DNA of 63,979 nucleotides, counting the filler, from Octopus bimaculoides (Eukaryota), in the NCBI RefSeq assembly GCF_001194135.2. It is 5 parts of 5 records of this genome, joined end to end, with 100 filler letters (N's around TTAATTAATTAA, not from the genome) between each part and the next. Parts side by side here need not be neighbours in the genome. Positions count along the whole stretch, not along the records: positions 1 to 28,010 come from NC_068997.1; 4 more parts are not named here. One strand, 5' to 3'. Position numbers and translations under genes: made by a program. The notes beneath the pieces were generated by a model. The model searched no databases and was not told where the DNA came from. It worked only from the letters and a program-made list of their open reading frames with translations. Shown here piece after piece: positions 1 through 14,187 of this stretch (positions within the stretch are counted from its first letter, which is position 1; the number at the start of each line of letters is the position of its first letter).

Positions 1-367
1 ATAAACAAACGATTCTGAAACAATTAACCCTAACCCTAACCCTAACCCTACGGTTAGGGTTAGGGTTAGGATTAAAGCAAATTTAAAATGAAAAAAAGCA
101 AATAAAACGAAGGTATGGAGATTAAATACGCTTTACATCGCTTAATCAGCCAAAGGAGTACATGTAAACAACTGAATACTTGTCAGTGATTGGCTGAAAT
201 TATCGAAATAAGACAATTTTTTACATGAAATAAATTCGAATACAAAAATATTTTTCTGTTCTATAACACAAAATAGATAAGTATACGAAGTTTGAAAGTC
301 TTTCCGTACCAAAAACACTACGTAAAACATTAATGAAAACTGTGGCCCACGTTTTAAAATAGATCCC
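1..367. mobile_element. Non-autonomous TIR element with central telomere-repeat palindrome (copy 1, left end outside window)
   Basis: (TAACCC)4 at 25-48 followed by (GGTTAG)3 at 52-70; 1-32 and 242-367 align with 44215-44246 and 44535-44659; ends ...gttttaaaatagatccc. Confidence 0.75.
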
Positions 368-799
368 ATATTTCTTTTTTACAAAACAACTACGTACTTC
401 ATCAGAGATAGGTAACATAAAGCTGCGAAAAGCTGTCTACATAACGGCAGGATATTCGATAAGATGTGACTACGGATTACATGAAAAATAACCGCATTGG
501 CAGCTCTGTTTCTTTTTTTTTTTACCTCGTCTTCATGTTGTACTTTCTAAACTTTCCACTGTGTGTAGAGTTGTATAAATAATCCATTAAAAACAAATAC
601 GTATACATTGGTAAAATGAGTGAGACGAAATGTTTAAGTTTCGTCTTCTGATTCCTTAACTGCAAAACTAAAATCTCGCTGAGTGTCGACTTTGNNNNNN
701 NNNNGATATATTTTCCGTAACAAGATGCAGTAAGTAGCTTGTTTACCGGTTCGAACCTGCCTCATGCATACTTGGACAAATAATAATATGACAATTTTA

Positions 800-1330
800 T
801 TTATCACTGCTTAAGTTATCACTTGCCAAAAGATTTAGCCGGGCAGAATACTGACTGAGTTATTTTGAAACCCCCATGTCATCTCACATTTACCTCCATC
901 ACCGCTCTGATCATCCAAATTACGTAACTCGGTCTAGTCCGAAATCCGAAATTTTTATGGTAAAACGGTTCTGTTCTGATATAGAGGATTACTGGAAACA
1001 TGCAAATGCTTTTATACACCATTATGTCAAACGCAGTTACAGTAAATCACGATTAAAGGACAGAACAAATGACAAAGTTAAGATTTGCAAAAAAAGTCAA
1101 ACTTTCACGCATAATTTTAGCAAACAAAGTACAATACGTGACAGAATTTCTTTGGTGATTAACTGGCACCGAAATTTCGTTGGCATTTCGAACGTTTTAC
1201 ATGAAAGTTACCAGCATGTTGTGGAAAAATATCCTCGTTTCAAACAAATTTTCTTCTCAGCCGCCTATTGTAGCCTTTAGACGGAATAAAAACATAAGAG
1301 AACTATTAATCTCTATTCCTAAGGCTAGCT
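800..1330 (+). mobile_element. Penelope-like element, degenerate RT C-terminal fragment
   Basis: YLHHRSDHP...SSPKSEIFMVKRFCS resembles the PLE thumb-region motif; frameshifted; homologous to 61080-61500 on the opposite strand. Confidence 0.75.
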
Positions 1331-1393
1331 GTCGAAATATCGTTCAACCAATAAAGTATCTATTGCAATTGCATCGCGCTCTTCGTATCGTCT

Positions 1394-1459
<66 letters not shown>

Positions 1460-1716
1460 CATACGAACATACAGAAACATACACATACACACAACACAGA
1501 CTTTCGCGCGCGCACACAAACATATATGTCTATATTTATAGATGCTTGTATGCATGTATCTATGTAAGCCTTGATAGATCTAAACTAATATAATATTAGT
1601 CTGGTATTTACCCATAGTCGCTGTATACTTCAAAGCGTTCGCAGTAATGTTTGAGTTCGTATATATATATATATATATACATGTGTATGTATCTACGTAA
1701 CTATATCTATCTCATT

Positions 1717-1754
<38 letters not shown>

Positions 1755-2403
1755 NNNNNNNNNNNNNNNNNNNNNNNNNNNNNNNNNNNNNNNNNNNNNN
1801 NNNNNNNNNNNNNNNNNNNNNNNNNNNNNNNNNNNNNNNNNNNNNNNNNNNNNNNNNNNNNNNNNNNNNNNNNNNNNNNNNNNNNNNNNNNNNNNNNNNN
1901 NNNNNNNNNNNNNNNNNNNNNNNNNNNNNNNNNNNNNNNNNNNNNNNNNNNNNNNNNNNNNNNNNNNNNNNNNNNNNNNNNNNNNNNNNNNNNNNNNNNN
2001 NNNNGGACAAGAACGCAGAACATCCAGATAGACGATACAAAGAGAACACGGACTGATCATTTGGAGTTTTCTCTCTTCAGTCGAGATCCAGATTATCTTT
2101 GCAATTTCCGTTGGTTATTCTCGATATTGCTCCAATCTGGCCAGCCCCAAGGAAAAACTAAGCGAAGAGCATTACATTCCTTGGAAGAATGCAGCGAATG
2201 TATACAAAAACAAGGACGGAAAAAAAGTCTATGATTTAACTTAGAAAACAAAGTTCAACAAATTCAATCATGTTTTTTCGGATATGTAATTGATTAGATG
2301 TTAATATGGATTGAAATTATTTTTATTCGTGTAGCTATACGATCGTTTCATATAGAAAAACAATAAATTCAATTTAAGAATCTGGGTTGTCAAAAGCTAT
2401 TCG

Positions 2404-2700
2404 TCAGTAGCAAAAATTAAGGAAAGAGAAAAAAAGGGTGTGCATATTTAGGTGTTCACCAACGAATGTATTATCGTTAGGATGAGGATGAATGTTGGAC
2501 AGCACATGGGTGAATAGTTTTGGTCGATGTTGGGTTTGAATATTAATCGGATATCTTATTTGTTTTGAGAAGGTGAATATACAATTTCGGAGTTCAATTC
2601 TGTTTTGAAGCATTTGTAGCTCGGTGTGTTCATTCAGGTGTGTCAGCGTTCCGATAATGGTGATTTGTAAGAGTGCAACATACAATGTAAGTAGGGGCAA
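2404..2700 (-). mobile_element. Possible degenerate Penelope-like endonuclease C-terminal fragment
   Basis: GTLTHLNEH...NIQTQHRPKLF...GEHL loosely resembles the end of PLE GIY-YIG domains; weak. Confidence 0.3.
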
Positions 2701-4240
2701 GTTGTAGTATAAGTGTGTTTATAGAGCTACAACAATTATAGAACTTAATACAGAGTACCATCTTCTGGACTACATTTTTCTTCATGAATATCAAGCATAC
2801 CAACAGCGAAGAAAAGCGAAAGTGTTCATATTTTAACATTGAAATTTAACAAAGAATTTTTTGGAACAGACGAAGATCAATTAACATACTTAANNNNNNN
2901 NNNNNNNNNNNNNNNNNNNNNNNNNNNNNNNNNNNNNNNNNNNNNNNNNNNNNNNNNNNNNNNNNNNNNNNNNNNNNNNNNNNNNNNNNNNNNNNNNNNN
3001 NNNNNNNNNNNNNNNNNNNNNNNNNNNNNNNNNNNNNNNNNNNNNNNNNNNNNNNNNNNNNNNNNNNNNNNNNNNNNNNNNNNNNNNNNNNNNNNNNNNN
3101 NNNNNNNNNNNNNNNNNNNNNNNNNNNNNNNNNNNNNNNNNNNNNNNNNNNNNNNNNNNNNNNNNNNNNNNNNNNNNNNNNNNNNNNNNNNNNNNNNNNN
3201 NNNNNNNNNNNNNNNNNNNNNNNNNNNNNNNNNNNNNNNNNNNNNNNNNNNNNNNNNNNNNNNNNNNNNNNNNNNNNNNNNNNNNNNNNNNNNNNNNNNN
3301 NNNNNNNNNNNNNNNNNNNNNNNNNNNNNNNNNNNNNNNNNNNNNNNNNNNNNNNNNNNNNNNNNNNNNNNNNNNNNNNNNNNNNNNNNNNNNNNNNNNN
3401 NNNNNNNNNNNNNNNNNNNNNNNNNNNNNNNNNNNNNNNNNNNNNNNNNNNNNNNNNNNNNNNNNNNNNNNNNNNNNNNNNNNNNNNNNNNNNNNNNNNN
3501 NNNNNNNNNNNNNNNNNNNNNNNNATATATATATATATGTATATATATGTATATAAGTATGTACATGAACATAGATGCAAATATATATATATATATATAT
3601 GTACGTACGTACGTATCTATGTATGTATATGCATAAGCATGAGGTTATCAGTTAGTTGGTCAAGTACTACGTCTGTTTGTAACACTCAGACATACGCACG
3701 CAAATTTATGTGTAGATAGAAATATACGTCCATTCATATATGTATATATATATAATGTTAAATTATATTATATTATATCTCTATTTGTTTACTCCTTTCT
3801 GTATGTATGTTTCTTTACATCTATATGCGTGTATGTTGAATATTTGCAAGTATATGTGCGTTTATACGTATTTTTGATTATTAATTTTCCTGTGTGGAAA
3901 TTACATGCTTGCTAAATTAAATAACAACGTACAACACCAAAACAACAAATAGCCATAATAACAAAATTTATGCATTAATGATATTATTAATAATGATAAT
4001 AATAAATGCTGCTGCTGCTGCTGGTAGTGATGATGATGAGGATGATGATGGTGGCTGTTGGGGAAGGTACGGTGGTTGGGGGATGTGCTGCTGACGTTCG
4101 TGGTGGGGTTGATGTTGATTTTTAAAATAATGGCAGGCACAAATAATGAGTATGTAGATAATGGTGCCTAATGTTAGGTGAAAATAATACATGAATATAT
4201 AATAATAATGATAATAATAATAATGATAATATTAATAATT

Positions 4241-4271
<31 letters not shown>

Positions 4272-5671
4272 TAATAATAATAATAATAATAATAATAATA
4301 TATCAGTGGGGGAGAAAGAATGACACAAAAGAATAAATATACGTATGTATCATTATACGTGTCTATATGTTTGTGTGCATTCATATATATGTGTGTGTAG
4401 ATATGTATCTATATATAAGTATATACGTGTATGTATACACACACACACATACACACACATATATATATATGTATATATGTATATATATGTATATGTATAT
4501 ATATATACAGACATACAATTCATATTTGATTTCTTTGATTATTCAAAATATCAAAGAATTATGTTAAAAACAATATTAATTTGATTTTTCCTGTTTTGCT
4601 GCACAATACTTTGGCGTTGTTTCATACCAACTGATGGTATGTAGAGTTGTATATATGGACGTATGTAGGGATGTAAGTATGTATGTATGTTCTGTCTGCA
4701 CGTTCTGTAATTGTTGAAGTTTATCCTAATGATAATAATGATGAAGTTGTTCATAATAATGACAACGATGATGATAATCGTGACGCTGGTGTTGGGTGTG
4801 TGTGATTCTTTGATTATTTGCGTATGTATGTACATGTGTATGTGTCTCTGTATCTGTCCGTGTGAGAGTGTTTGTTTGTATTTTTTTTTTCCTTTATTAC
4901 TCTTGAAATTGTTGAATTTTCATGCTTGTTATTGTTGATGGTGTTATTGTGTGGTTTTTGTAATTTACTTACAACCATTGTGTTTGTCTGTGGTTGTTGT
5001 ACTTCTTGCTGCTTATGATTGCTAATGTTGATAAATTAAAAAAAAAAATCCTTTTCTGCAGTTGTCTATACATACATATACACACTCACATATACGCATA
5101 CATGCGCACACATACACACATACATTCTTTAATAATACATATGCATTGCGGTGGTTCTTATTGTAATGTTTATTCTTGTTTTCATTTAATTATATATATA
5201 CATATATATATAGAGAGAGAGGGAGAGAAAGAGAGAGATTGAGAGAGATTTAAATATATATATGAAAATATAAATACATAATGAATGTGTGTGTATGTGC
5301 GTGTTTGGATATTTGTTTTTTGGACTTTTGTTTTTCAATTTGCTTCATAACTTTCGATAGAGATTCAGTTAATTAAAAATTTTTAGTGATGGCAGATGTT
5401 TTGATTTTTCTCTTTTATTTTATTCCTGTTAATTTTTGCCTATTTGTATATTTGTTTATATGTACAACTACATATATATATATATATATATATACATACA
5501 TCGTTATATATATATATATATGTATGTAAATTTTAAATGTTCCTTTCTATTTTGTTTTGTTTCATTTATTTTGTTTTGTTCTTTGTTTCCAAGATATTTC
5601 CTATTCAAAAACGACAAGGAATATATTTGTAGACAAAAGTAAAATTGAATTATTTATTGTTATTATTATTA

Positions 5672-5747
<76 letters not shown>

Positions 5748-8700
5748 CATTATTTGAATTTATATATATATATAATTTATATATGTCTGTATACGTATGT
5801 ATAAATGTATGTATGTATATATTTATGAATGTATATGTGTGTGTGGGTGTGCGTGTGTGTTTGTGTATACGTAAGTATGTATAGAAACTATAGAAACGTA
5901 GAGAAACACAAACCGATAAAATATTCAAATGAATTGTTAGAAATTCATTTTAACGAGCAAGGAGAAACCATAGTACATAGGCAGGGTGATTGCGCAAAAA
6001 AGCAGGGTAGTGTGAATGGGCATGGTTGGATAGGTATGGAAGCTAGTAGAGGAATATATCAGATGGATAAAGAAATTAGGGGAGAGGTATGCGGTGGGCC
6101 GAACAGTCTTGTGGGTGGATAGGGAGGGAGTGGAGAGTTAATGAGAGGAGAGAGATGAAATATTAGATTGAGATTTTTACAACAGAAAATTAAAAGCACA
6201 TTGATTCTGAAATGAAATCAAATAAAGGAAATGATGTGCTTACACACACACACACACACANNNNNNNNNNNNNNNNNNNNNNNNNNNNNNNNNNNNNNNN
6301 NNNNNNNNNNNNNNNNNNNNNNNNNNNNNNNNNNNNNNNNNNNNNNNNNNNNNNNNNNNNNNNNNNNNNNNNNNNNNNNNNNNNNNNNNNNNNNNNNNNN
6401 NNNNNNNNNNNNNNNNNNNNNNNNNNNNNNNNNNNNNNNNNNNNNNNNNNNNNNNNNNNNNNNNNNNNNNNNNNNNNNNNNNNNNNNNNNNNNNNNNNNN
6501 NNNNNNNNNNNNNNNNNNNNNNNNNNNNNNNNNNNNNNNNNNNNNNNNNNNNNNNNNNNNNNNNNNNNNNNNNNNNNNNNNNNNNNNNNNNNNNNNNNNN
6601 NNNNNNNNNNNNNNNNNNNNNNNNNNNNNNNNNNNNNNNNNNNNNNTATATATATATATATATTCTTAATGATTCAAATGATAGGTTGTATTTGTCGTAG
6701 TGATAGCAATTGTAGAAGTAACAGCAGTAATTAATATTGATTTTCCTATTGCTAAGAATGAGATAATCTGTGTAGGGGAGATACATAATCACTCGAAAAG
6801 GGCTTAATATATATAATACATATCTAATATATCTAATTCATATCCAACATATATATGTATATATACGGCTCTGGAATTATGGAAGTCAGGTTCAATGCCG
6901 GCGAAATAGCAATGTACATACGAACGTGATGACTCAGTTGGAATTTCAAACGTATTCAGTTCACTGATTTATACTTTATGTACCCATTCCGATGTATATT
7001 GCTAATGTTGGGTATGGTTATTAATATTCCCCTAAATCTATTTTTGTGCGGGTCAGAAATCTGAAGATGTATGTCTATATAAGTTTACAATGTTAATGCA
7101 TATATCTTTTTCGTTTTGAAGTCTGTTACATGTTGGTTCATTCTAATGTTGATTCGTAGCATCGCTAAATGAGCCCATTTTTTTTCCCTTTTGCGATGTA
7201 ATTAGTTGACGAGTATTAAATCAATTACTTAACTAATATATGTTCTTTGTACACCCCTGATGGTTGAAGAGCACAAGTGAAATTTCGACAAAGTCTTAAA
7301 AGCTGAATATACAATCGCATCACAAGAAAGCAACGTGAAGCCTGGTTAAGTTTGAAAGCAGAATGTAAACAGACGTTACTAAACACAAGGCATTTTATCT
7401 AACGTTATAATCATTCTCTTACCAATACAATGTACTATTTAGACGTCGCTCTATTTAGATGTTAGACATTAATCTAACTTTATAATTATTCTATCAACAT
7501 ATCATTGTACTGCATCCTACAATAATAAACCTATATCTTTACACTGCTCTATAAAATAATTTTACTATTATAGCAGCTCATTACTACATTAGAGCTTTAT
7601 TACAACATTATTCTGTTATCTCGTTCTAGTACAATGTAGTTTTACCAAAATATCCTTGTAATGTTATAATCTATCTACTATCAAATCACCTTAATTCTTA
7701 ATCTCCTATTCACATTTCGTTACTATAGTTAATGAGAGATTTCCCCTAGGAAAATTATTTTTCGTCCCCGTTACATATAAAATATCACATTTTATAAATA
7801 AATATGACAAATTTATAATAGCTAAAGTATTTTTTAATGGACCACACACGGTAGTATGAGTGAAGAAAATAAACTAAGAGAATAAGCATCAGATACATAT
7901 ATACCTTGAACCATTAGGCAAGAAACTTTGGGCAATGAAATTAATCAGAAATGAACGAGAGAACATAAAACTGAACGACGCTTCTCTCCTGCTTTTCATT
8001 CAGGATTTATCAGAAGGTACATGGTAAATGCGATGCACAGATCTCCCTGGCGATATGAAAGAATACTAATGTTTGACTGAATTGATAAAAGGGAAACGAA
8101 CCTAGATTCCCACAAGTATGTCATCGGAAATGGGATAGGGGGCACAGATCTTGGTCAGAATCTCTTAACGCCTAAATCTACGTTTGAAGACTATGCGGGG
8201 TTCGTGGTGTGTTTAATAAAATAAAGTTATTTTAAAGAGTTTATGAATTAATTTCATTCTGAAAAGCGATTGTAATTAAACATATAGACTAGTCTCTTTA
8301 TATGTTTTATATGTTTTGTAATAAAACATATAAACTCATCATTATGCAATCTATCGCACATGAGACCCAGCACAGGTGATGTAGGGGGTGCAGACGCACC
8401 TCCTAAAATTTTTGTCAGGTACAAAATTAAGATATATGCCCCTACTTACTTTAGAAAACTGCATAAAATGTGCTTTGTAAAAAGTAGTTTGAAGTTTATT
8501 TTCTTCTCAAAGACCAAAGAACAAAAATAAATATAAAAAACAACATTAAGACCTTGTTTGTAAAAAAATGTTGAACCTGGGTCTGCACCCCCAAAGCAAA
8601 TTTCGTCATAGAGCCAATGCTAGTACACATAATCGGGAAATCACTGCTTTATATGTCGTTGTGTTATCTATCATATCACAGCATCTGACTGTTGTAAAAT

Positions 8701-8800
8701 ACAACTATTATACTGATAATGACCTCTAACAGAGACAAAACTACATGTTGGGCTAAGCTTTTACTTAATACATTGATTCTTTACTTTATTATGCTGTCGA

Positions 8801-9174
8801 GTGGAGGAGCAATGGCCCAGTGGTTAGGGCAGCGGACTCGCGGTCATAGGATCATGGTTTCGATTCTCAGACCGGGCGTTGTGAGTGTTTATTGAGCGAA
8901 AACACCTAAAGCTCCACGAGGCTCCGGCAGGGGATGGTGTCGAACCCTGCTGTACTCTTTCACCACAACTTTCTCTCACTCTTACTTCCTGTTTCTGTTG
9001 TGCCTGTAATTCAAAGGGTCAGCCTTGTCACGCTGAATATCTCCGAGAACTACATTAAGGGTAAACGTGTCTGTGGAGTGCTCAGCCACTTGCATGTTAA
9101 TTTCACGAGCATGCTGTTTCATTGATCGGATCAACTGGAACCCTTGACGTTCGTAAGCGACGGAGTGCCAAAAA
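8801..9174 (+). mobile_element. tRNA-derived SINE family A, full length with target-site duplication
   Basis: A-box tggcccagtgg and B-box-like gtttcgattct; 11-bp TSD tatgctgtcga at 8790-8800 and 9175-9185. Other copies 19684-20064(+), 28111-28403(-), 33367-33640(+). Confidence 0.88.
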
Positions 9175-9810
9175 TATGCTGTCGAATACTGGATTATGTG
9201 ATTTTCAGATAATCTTTGCCTGAAAGATGTCGAAATAGTCGTGTGTTAAACGTTTCATACCACAGGCTACTTCATCGGGACTAGTTTAGGATATAGCCCA
9301 CGAAATAGCGATCATATTATTTGTATGGTTACGCTCGTTTATCGGCCCCAGGAAGATAGAACACAACGTTGACTTTACAAGTTTTCAATTCAGAAAAGAA
9401 AAGGATCTGATTAAATTTCGCAAGGCATTTTGACCAGTGTTGTGGTTATTCTTGTTGCTGCTGCTGCTGCTGTTGTTGTTGTTGTCGATGTTGATGTTAT
9501 TGTTGTTGTTCTTCTTCTGATTATTATAATACTAATGATAATAATAATAATAATAATAATAATTATTATTATTATTATTGTGCCATTGTTATCTAGTGCC
9601 TACTTTATATCCACGTTTTGGAATGCGTCTTGGGCGACAGTGATTTAGATTGAGCGGGGGGGGGATAACANNNNNNNNNNNNNNNNNNNNNNNNNNNNNN
9701 NNNNNNNNNNNNNNNNNNNNNNNNNNNNNNNNNNNNNNNNNNNNNNNNNNNNNNNNNNNNNNNNNNNNNNNNNNNNNNNNNNNNNNNNNNNNNNNNNNNN
9801 NNNNNNNNNN

Positions 9811-11000
9811 CCAATAATCAACCGGTACTTATTTTATCGACCCCTGGGAGACTGAAAGGCAAAGCCGATCACAGAGCAATCTGAAATCAGGAAGCATAAA
9901 CGTACGATGACACGAAGCATTTTGTCTGGCGTGCTAATAATTCTCCCAGCTCACCAATTAGCTCTAGAAGATATTCTTTTCTTCTCTAGGTACAAGGCCC
10001 GAAATGTTTGGTGGGGAGGGGGGTAGTCGATTAGATCGACCCCAGCACGCAACTGGTATACGTAATTTCTCGCAACTGGAATGCGTAATTTCTCGAAAGG
10101 ATAAAAGGCAGAGTCGACCTTCGAGGAATTTGAACTAAGAATGTAAAGACAGACGAAATACCGCTAATCATTTCGCCCAGGGTGCTAACGTTTCTTATTT
10201 CTGTATTGCCCACAAGGGGCTAGACATAGAGGGGACAAAAAAGGAGGGAAAAAGGGATTAAGTCGATTACATCGACCCCAGTGCGTAACTGGTACTTTAT
10301 TTATCGACCCCGAAAGGATGAAAGGCAAAAATCGACCTCGGTGGAATTTGAACTCAGAACGTAAAGAAAGACGAAATACGGCTAAGCGCTTCAGCCGGCG
10401 TGCTAACGTTTCTTGTTTCTTTATTGCCCACAAGGGGGCTAAACATAGAGAGGACAAACAAGGATAGACAAAGGGATTANNNNNNNNNNAACATAGAGAG
10501 GACAAACAAGGATAGACAAAGGGATTAAGTCAATTACATGGACCCCAGTGCGTAACTGGTACTTAATTTATCGACTCCGGAAAGATAAAAGGTAAAGTCG
10601 ATCTCGGCGGAATTTGAACTCACAACGTAATGGCAGACGAAATACCGCTAGGCATTTCGCTTGGCGTGCTAACGATTCTGCCAACTCGCCGTCTTAAGAC
10701 AGTTTAATACTTTTCTACTCTAGGCACAAGGCCCGAAATTTTAGAGGAGGGGTCCAGTCAATTAGATCGACCACAGTACGCAACTGGTACTTAATTTATC
10801 GACCCGATAAATTAAGGGGACAAACAAGGACAGACAAAAGGATTAAGTCGATTACATCGACCCAGTGTTTCACTGGTTCTTAATTTATCGACTCCGAAAG
10901 GATGAAAGGCAAAGTCGACCTCGGCGGAATTTGAACTCAGAACGTAAAGACTGCTAAGCATTTCGCCCAGCGTGCTAACGTTTCTGCCAGTTCACCACTT
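9811..11000 (-). mobile_element. Cluster of about six same-orientation SINE family C copies
   Basis: Repeated core aatttatcgaccccgaaaggatgaaaggcaaagtcgacctcggcggaatttgaactcagaacg; tRNA-like head on the minus strand (ggcgagctggcagaa...gagttcaaattcc). Confidence 0.85.
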
Positions 11001-11743
11001 AGCTCTTGTAACTATTGCACGTGTGTGATATAGTTTACTTTCAGCACGATACGAAAAGAGAAATACTGCACAACCGTTCAGCACACGGTTGTGCAGAAGA
11101 ACTATTTAATAGAAGCAGGACTATTGGTAAAATAATACTAATGCAGTGATATCGTAGATGATGTTGATCATGAAGATGATGATAATGATGATGATGATGG
11201 TGATGGTGGTGGTAGTGATGACGATGAAGAGGTGATTATAACGCATGTAATGATGATGTCAGTGTCGACGTTTCGATGATTCATCATCATCATTTTCTAT
11301 GTAATCATCATCACCATCATTATCATCATCATCATCGTTATCACCAGCATCATAATTCTTCTACTCCTCCAACTCTTTCTGCACTTCCTCCATCTCTCAC
11401 TCTTCCTCCTCGTAGTCGTCATCATCATCATCATCCTCATGATTATCATTAATAACAGAGAAATCATTTGAAGTGCCGAAACATGAATTTATCAGCTCGA
11501 GAGAATTCCGTTATGAAATTTAATAAGAAGCTTAACAAAAACATAAAACGCCACCACTACCACCAACACCACTACCAGCACCACCACCAGCAACCATCAC
11601 CGGAGGCGCCACGGCCGCCGACGCCGCCGTCGCCGCCGTCACTATCGTCATCTGCATCATGAAAAACAAGAACAACAACAACAACAACAGCAATAAAACC
11701 GGAGCAAAAACAAGAAAAATAGCAAAGCAGTAGCAACAAAATC

Positions 11744-11789
<46 letters not shown>

Positions 11790-12139
11790 ACGACAACAAC
11801 AGTAATAACAACTACAGTAACAACCACTGTAGCATCAACAACAACAAAACTTCTCCAATGCGAGATAATGCAACAAAAATTATTGATAGAAGTATAATAA
11901 AGATAGAAATTGCAGTGGTTTAATTAAAAATCTCTATGAAATATTCCTAGATGAATTCAATGAGACAACAATATAATTAATGTCGGAAACCAATTATATA
12001 TCAATATAATCGCATTCATATTCATTTTAATATATATCTCAGCTGGTCTATCAAGCCAGCTATATTATCTTTGTGTAGCCTATCTTTCAATTTGCCGCAT
12101 GCGTCTATATATTTGTGTGTCCGTCTATCCGTCTGTCTG

Positions 12140-12197
<58 letters not shown>

Positions 12198-12279
12198 ATT
12201 CTATCTATCTATCTGTCTGTCTGTCTATCTATCTGTGGATATCTGCGTATGTATACTGGCTCAATTATATACATATATG

Positions 12280-12332
<53 letters not shown>

Positions 12333-12597
12333 NNNNNNNNNNNNNNNNNNNNNNNNNNNNNNNNNNNNNNNNNNNNNNNNNNNNNNNNNNNNNNNNNNNN
12401 NNNNNNNNNNNNNNNNNNNNNNNNNNNNNNNNNNNNNNNNNNNNNNNNNNNNNNNNNNNNNNNNNNNNNNNNNNNNNNNNNNNNNNNNNNNNNNNNNNNN
12501 NNNNNNNNNNNNNNNNNNNNNNNNNNNNNNNNNNNNNNNNTGTATATAAGTATATATATGTACTTACATATAAATATATATGTATACATACATATAC

Positions 12598-12647
<50 letters not shown>

Positions 12648-14187
12648 ATATATATATACTTACACACACATATAAACGTATATACTTACACATACACACA
12701 CACACATACACACATATATTTATGTGTGCCCACACACATTTATCCACAAACACACACATCCGTTGGATGAAACAAGTATTTATGTATATACGTTTCTCTT
12801 TGCATGCAGCGTGTATATAATCGTATATACCACACAAGTATCAACACACAGATAAATATATACCATTACAAAAACGCCTGTTTGTGAGTATATGTAGGCA
12901 CACATACATACATACATACATACATACATGCACATATACCTATAGATATCTATATATACATATGCATAAGCATATAATACATATTTATGTGAGTAAATCT
13001 ATATATATATATACATGTAGATATACAGAGATATATATTTATAAATGTGTACATATATGAATATATATCGTTCTACATATACGAATACGAGTGTATACAT
13101 TAACCCCCACACGCGCACTCCCAATCACACACACATAGATTTGCATGTATATATTTATACATATTGCTGTTTTTTAACTGCAAAGAGGAAGATAATGAAA
13201 ATAAATAATGCATAAGCTGGAATTTATTAATATATTTTATTAAAATGAAAATTCGGCGAGTTCGCAAGGTTTCCAGTCTTTAATGGTTCCAGTGTTTATA
13301 CGTGATATTAAAATGCGTATATTCCTTGATGGACAGACGTTTCTTTACCGTTTCATTCACCATCCCATTGGTGAATCCTCTTCCATTGTTCATTCCATTT
13401 ACATCGTTCACTCCATCAATGTGGCAGATTATATAGACTATCATGGAGAACAGGTATGAGTTTTGGTTGTTACTATAATCACGATACACTGCTAAAATTT
13501 ACTATATTGACATTTAGAACTAATCTTTTAAAAATAATTATATTTTGTTGCCCACAACAGAAAAAGGACTTTATTCATGAGCACCGGTATTGTATTTTTC
13601 TGCTGTACTTAATGGGAAATCTCCAGGCCTATGTACATATGGTGACACCATTTTTCCCCAGATTATATTCAAATTAGATCATTCTATATATTTTTTTAAA
13701 AATCCGAAACAATTCACCAAAATAACTACAATTCTTTTATAAATATCGAAGAAAGAAATAACATACTCCCTGCGTGTATATTTTATTTATATAGGCGCAT
13801 GCGTGGCTGTATGGCAAGAAACTTGCTTCCCAATCACATGATCTCGGGTTCAGTCCCTCTGTGTGGCACTTTGGGCAAGTGTCTTCTACTATAGCCTCGT
13901 GTCTTGTGAGTGGATTTGATAGACGGAAACTGAAAGAAGCCCGTCATATATATATATAACCGTTAACAGGTACGGATGTATAAACGCCCTCAGACAAGCT
14001 CCATGGCGCGGGCACACTCACTCATACAACCACCGCAAAAATGTGAGCATATGCACACGTAAGGTTTGGTGCACTCCTGATCACAAAGCCAGTTATTTAT
14101 CAACTTGGTGTTTATGAGAATGGGGAGGTTAAAAGTAAACGTAAGTCATCCATATCTTAAGATACATTAAATTAAGTTAACAGTTAC

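Noticed and set aside
25-70. True chromosome end
   Set aside because: Only about seven units, inverted, inside a repeated TIR element.
3901-4192. His/Gln/Pro-rich ORFs (also 11468-11811, 41497-41979)
   Set aside because: Decayed trinucleotide repeats without splice context or recognisable domain.
8801-8875. tRNA gene
   Set aside because: A/B-box head continues into a repeated SINE body with a TSD; no complete cloverleaf.
10441-10530. Direct repeats flanking 10-N gaps (also 33478-33560 and 56466-56590)
   Set aside because: Identical sequence either side of a 10-N gap indicates unmerged overlapping contig ends, not real duplications.
9811-11000. CRISPR-like array
   Set aside because: Units are about 200-bp diverged SINE copies without unique regular spacers; eukaryotic context, no cas genes.
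11255-11290. Hammerhead-like tgatga...gaaacgtc on the minus strand
   Set aside because: No stem II, the core C is missing and it sits within (GAT)n repeat; likely chance.
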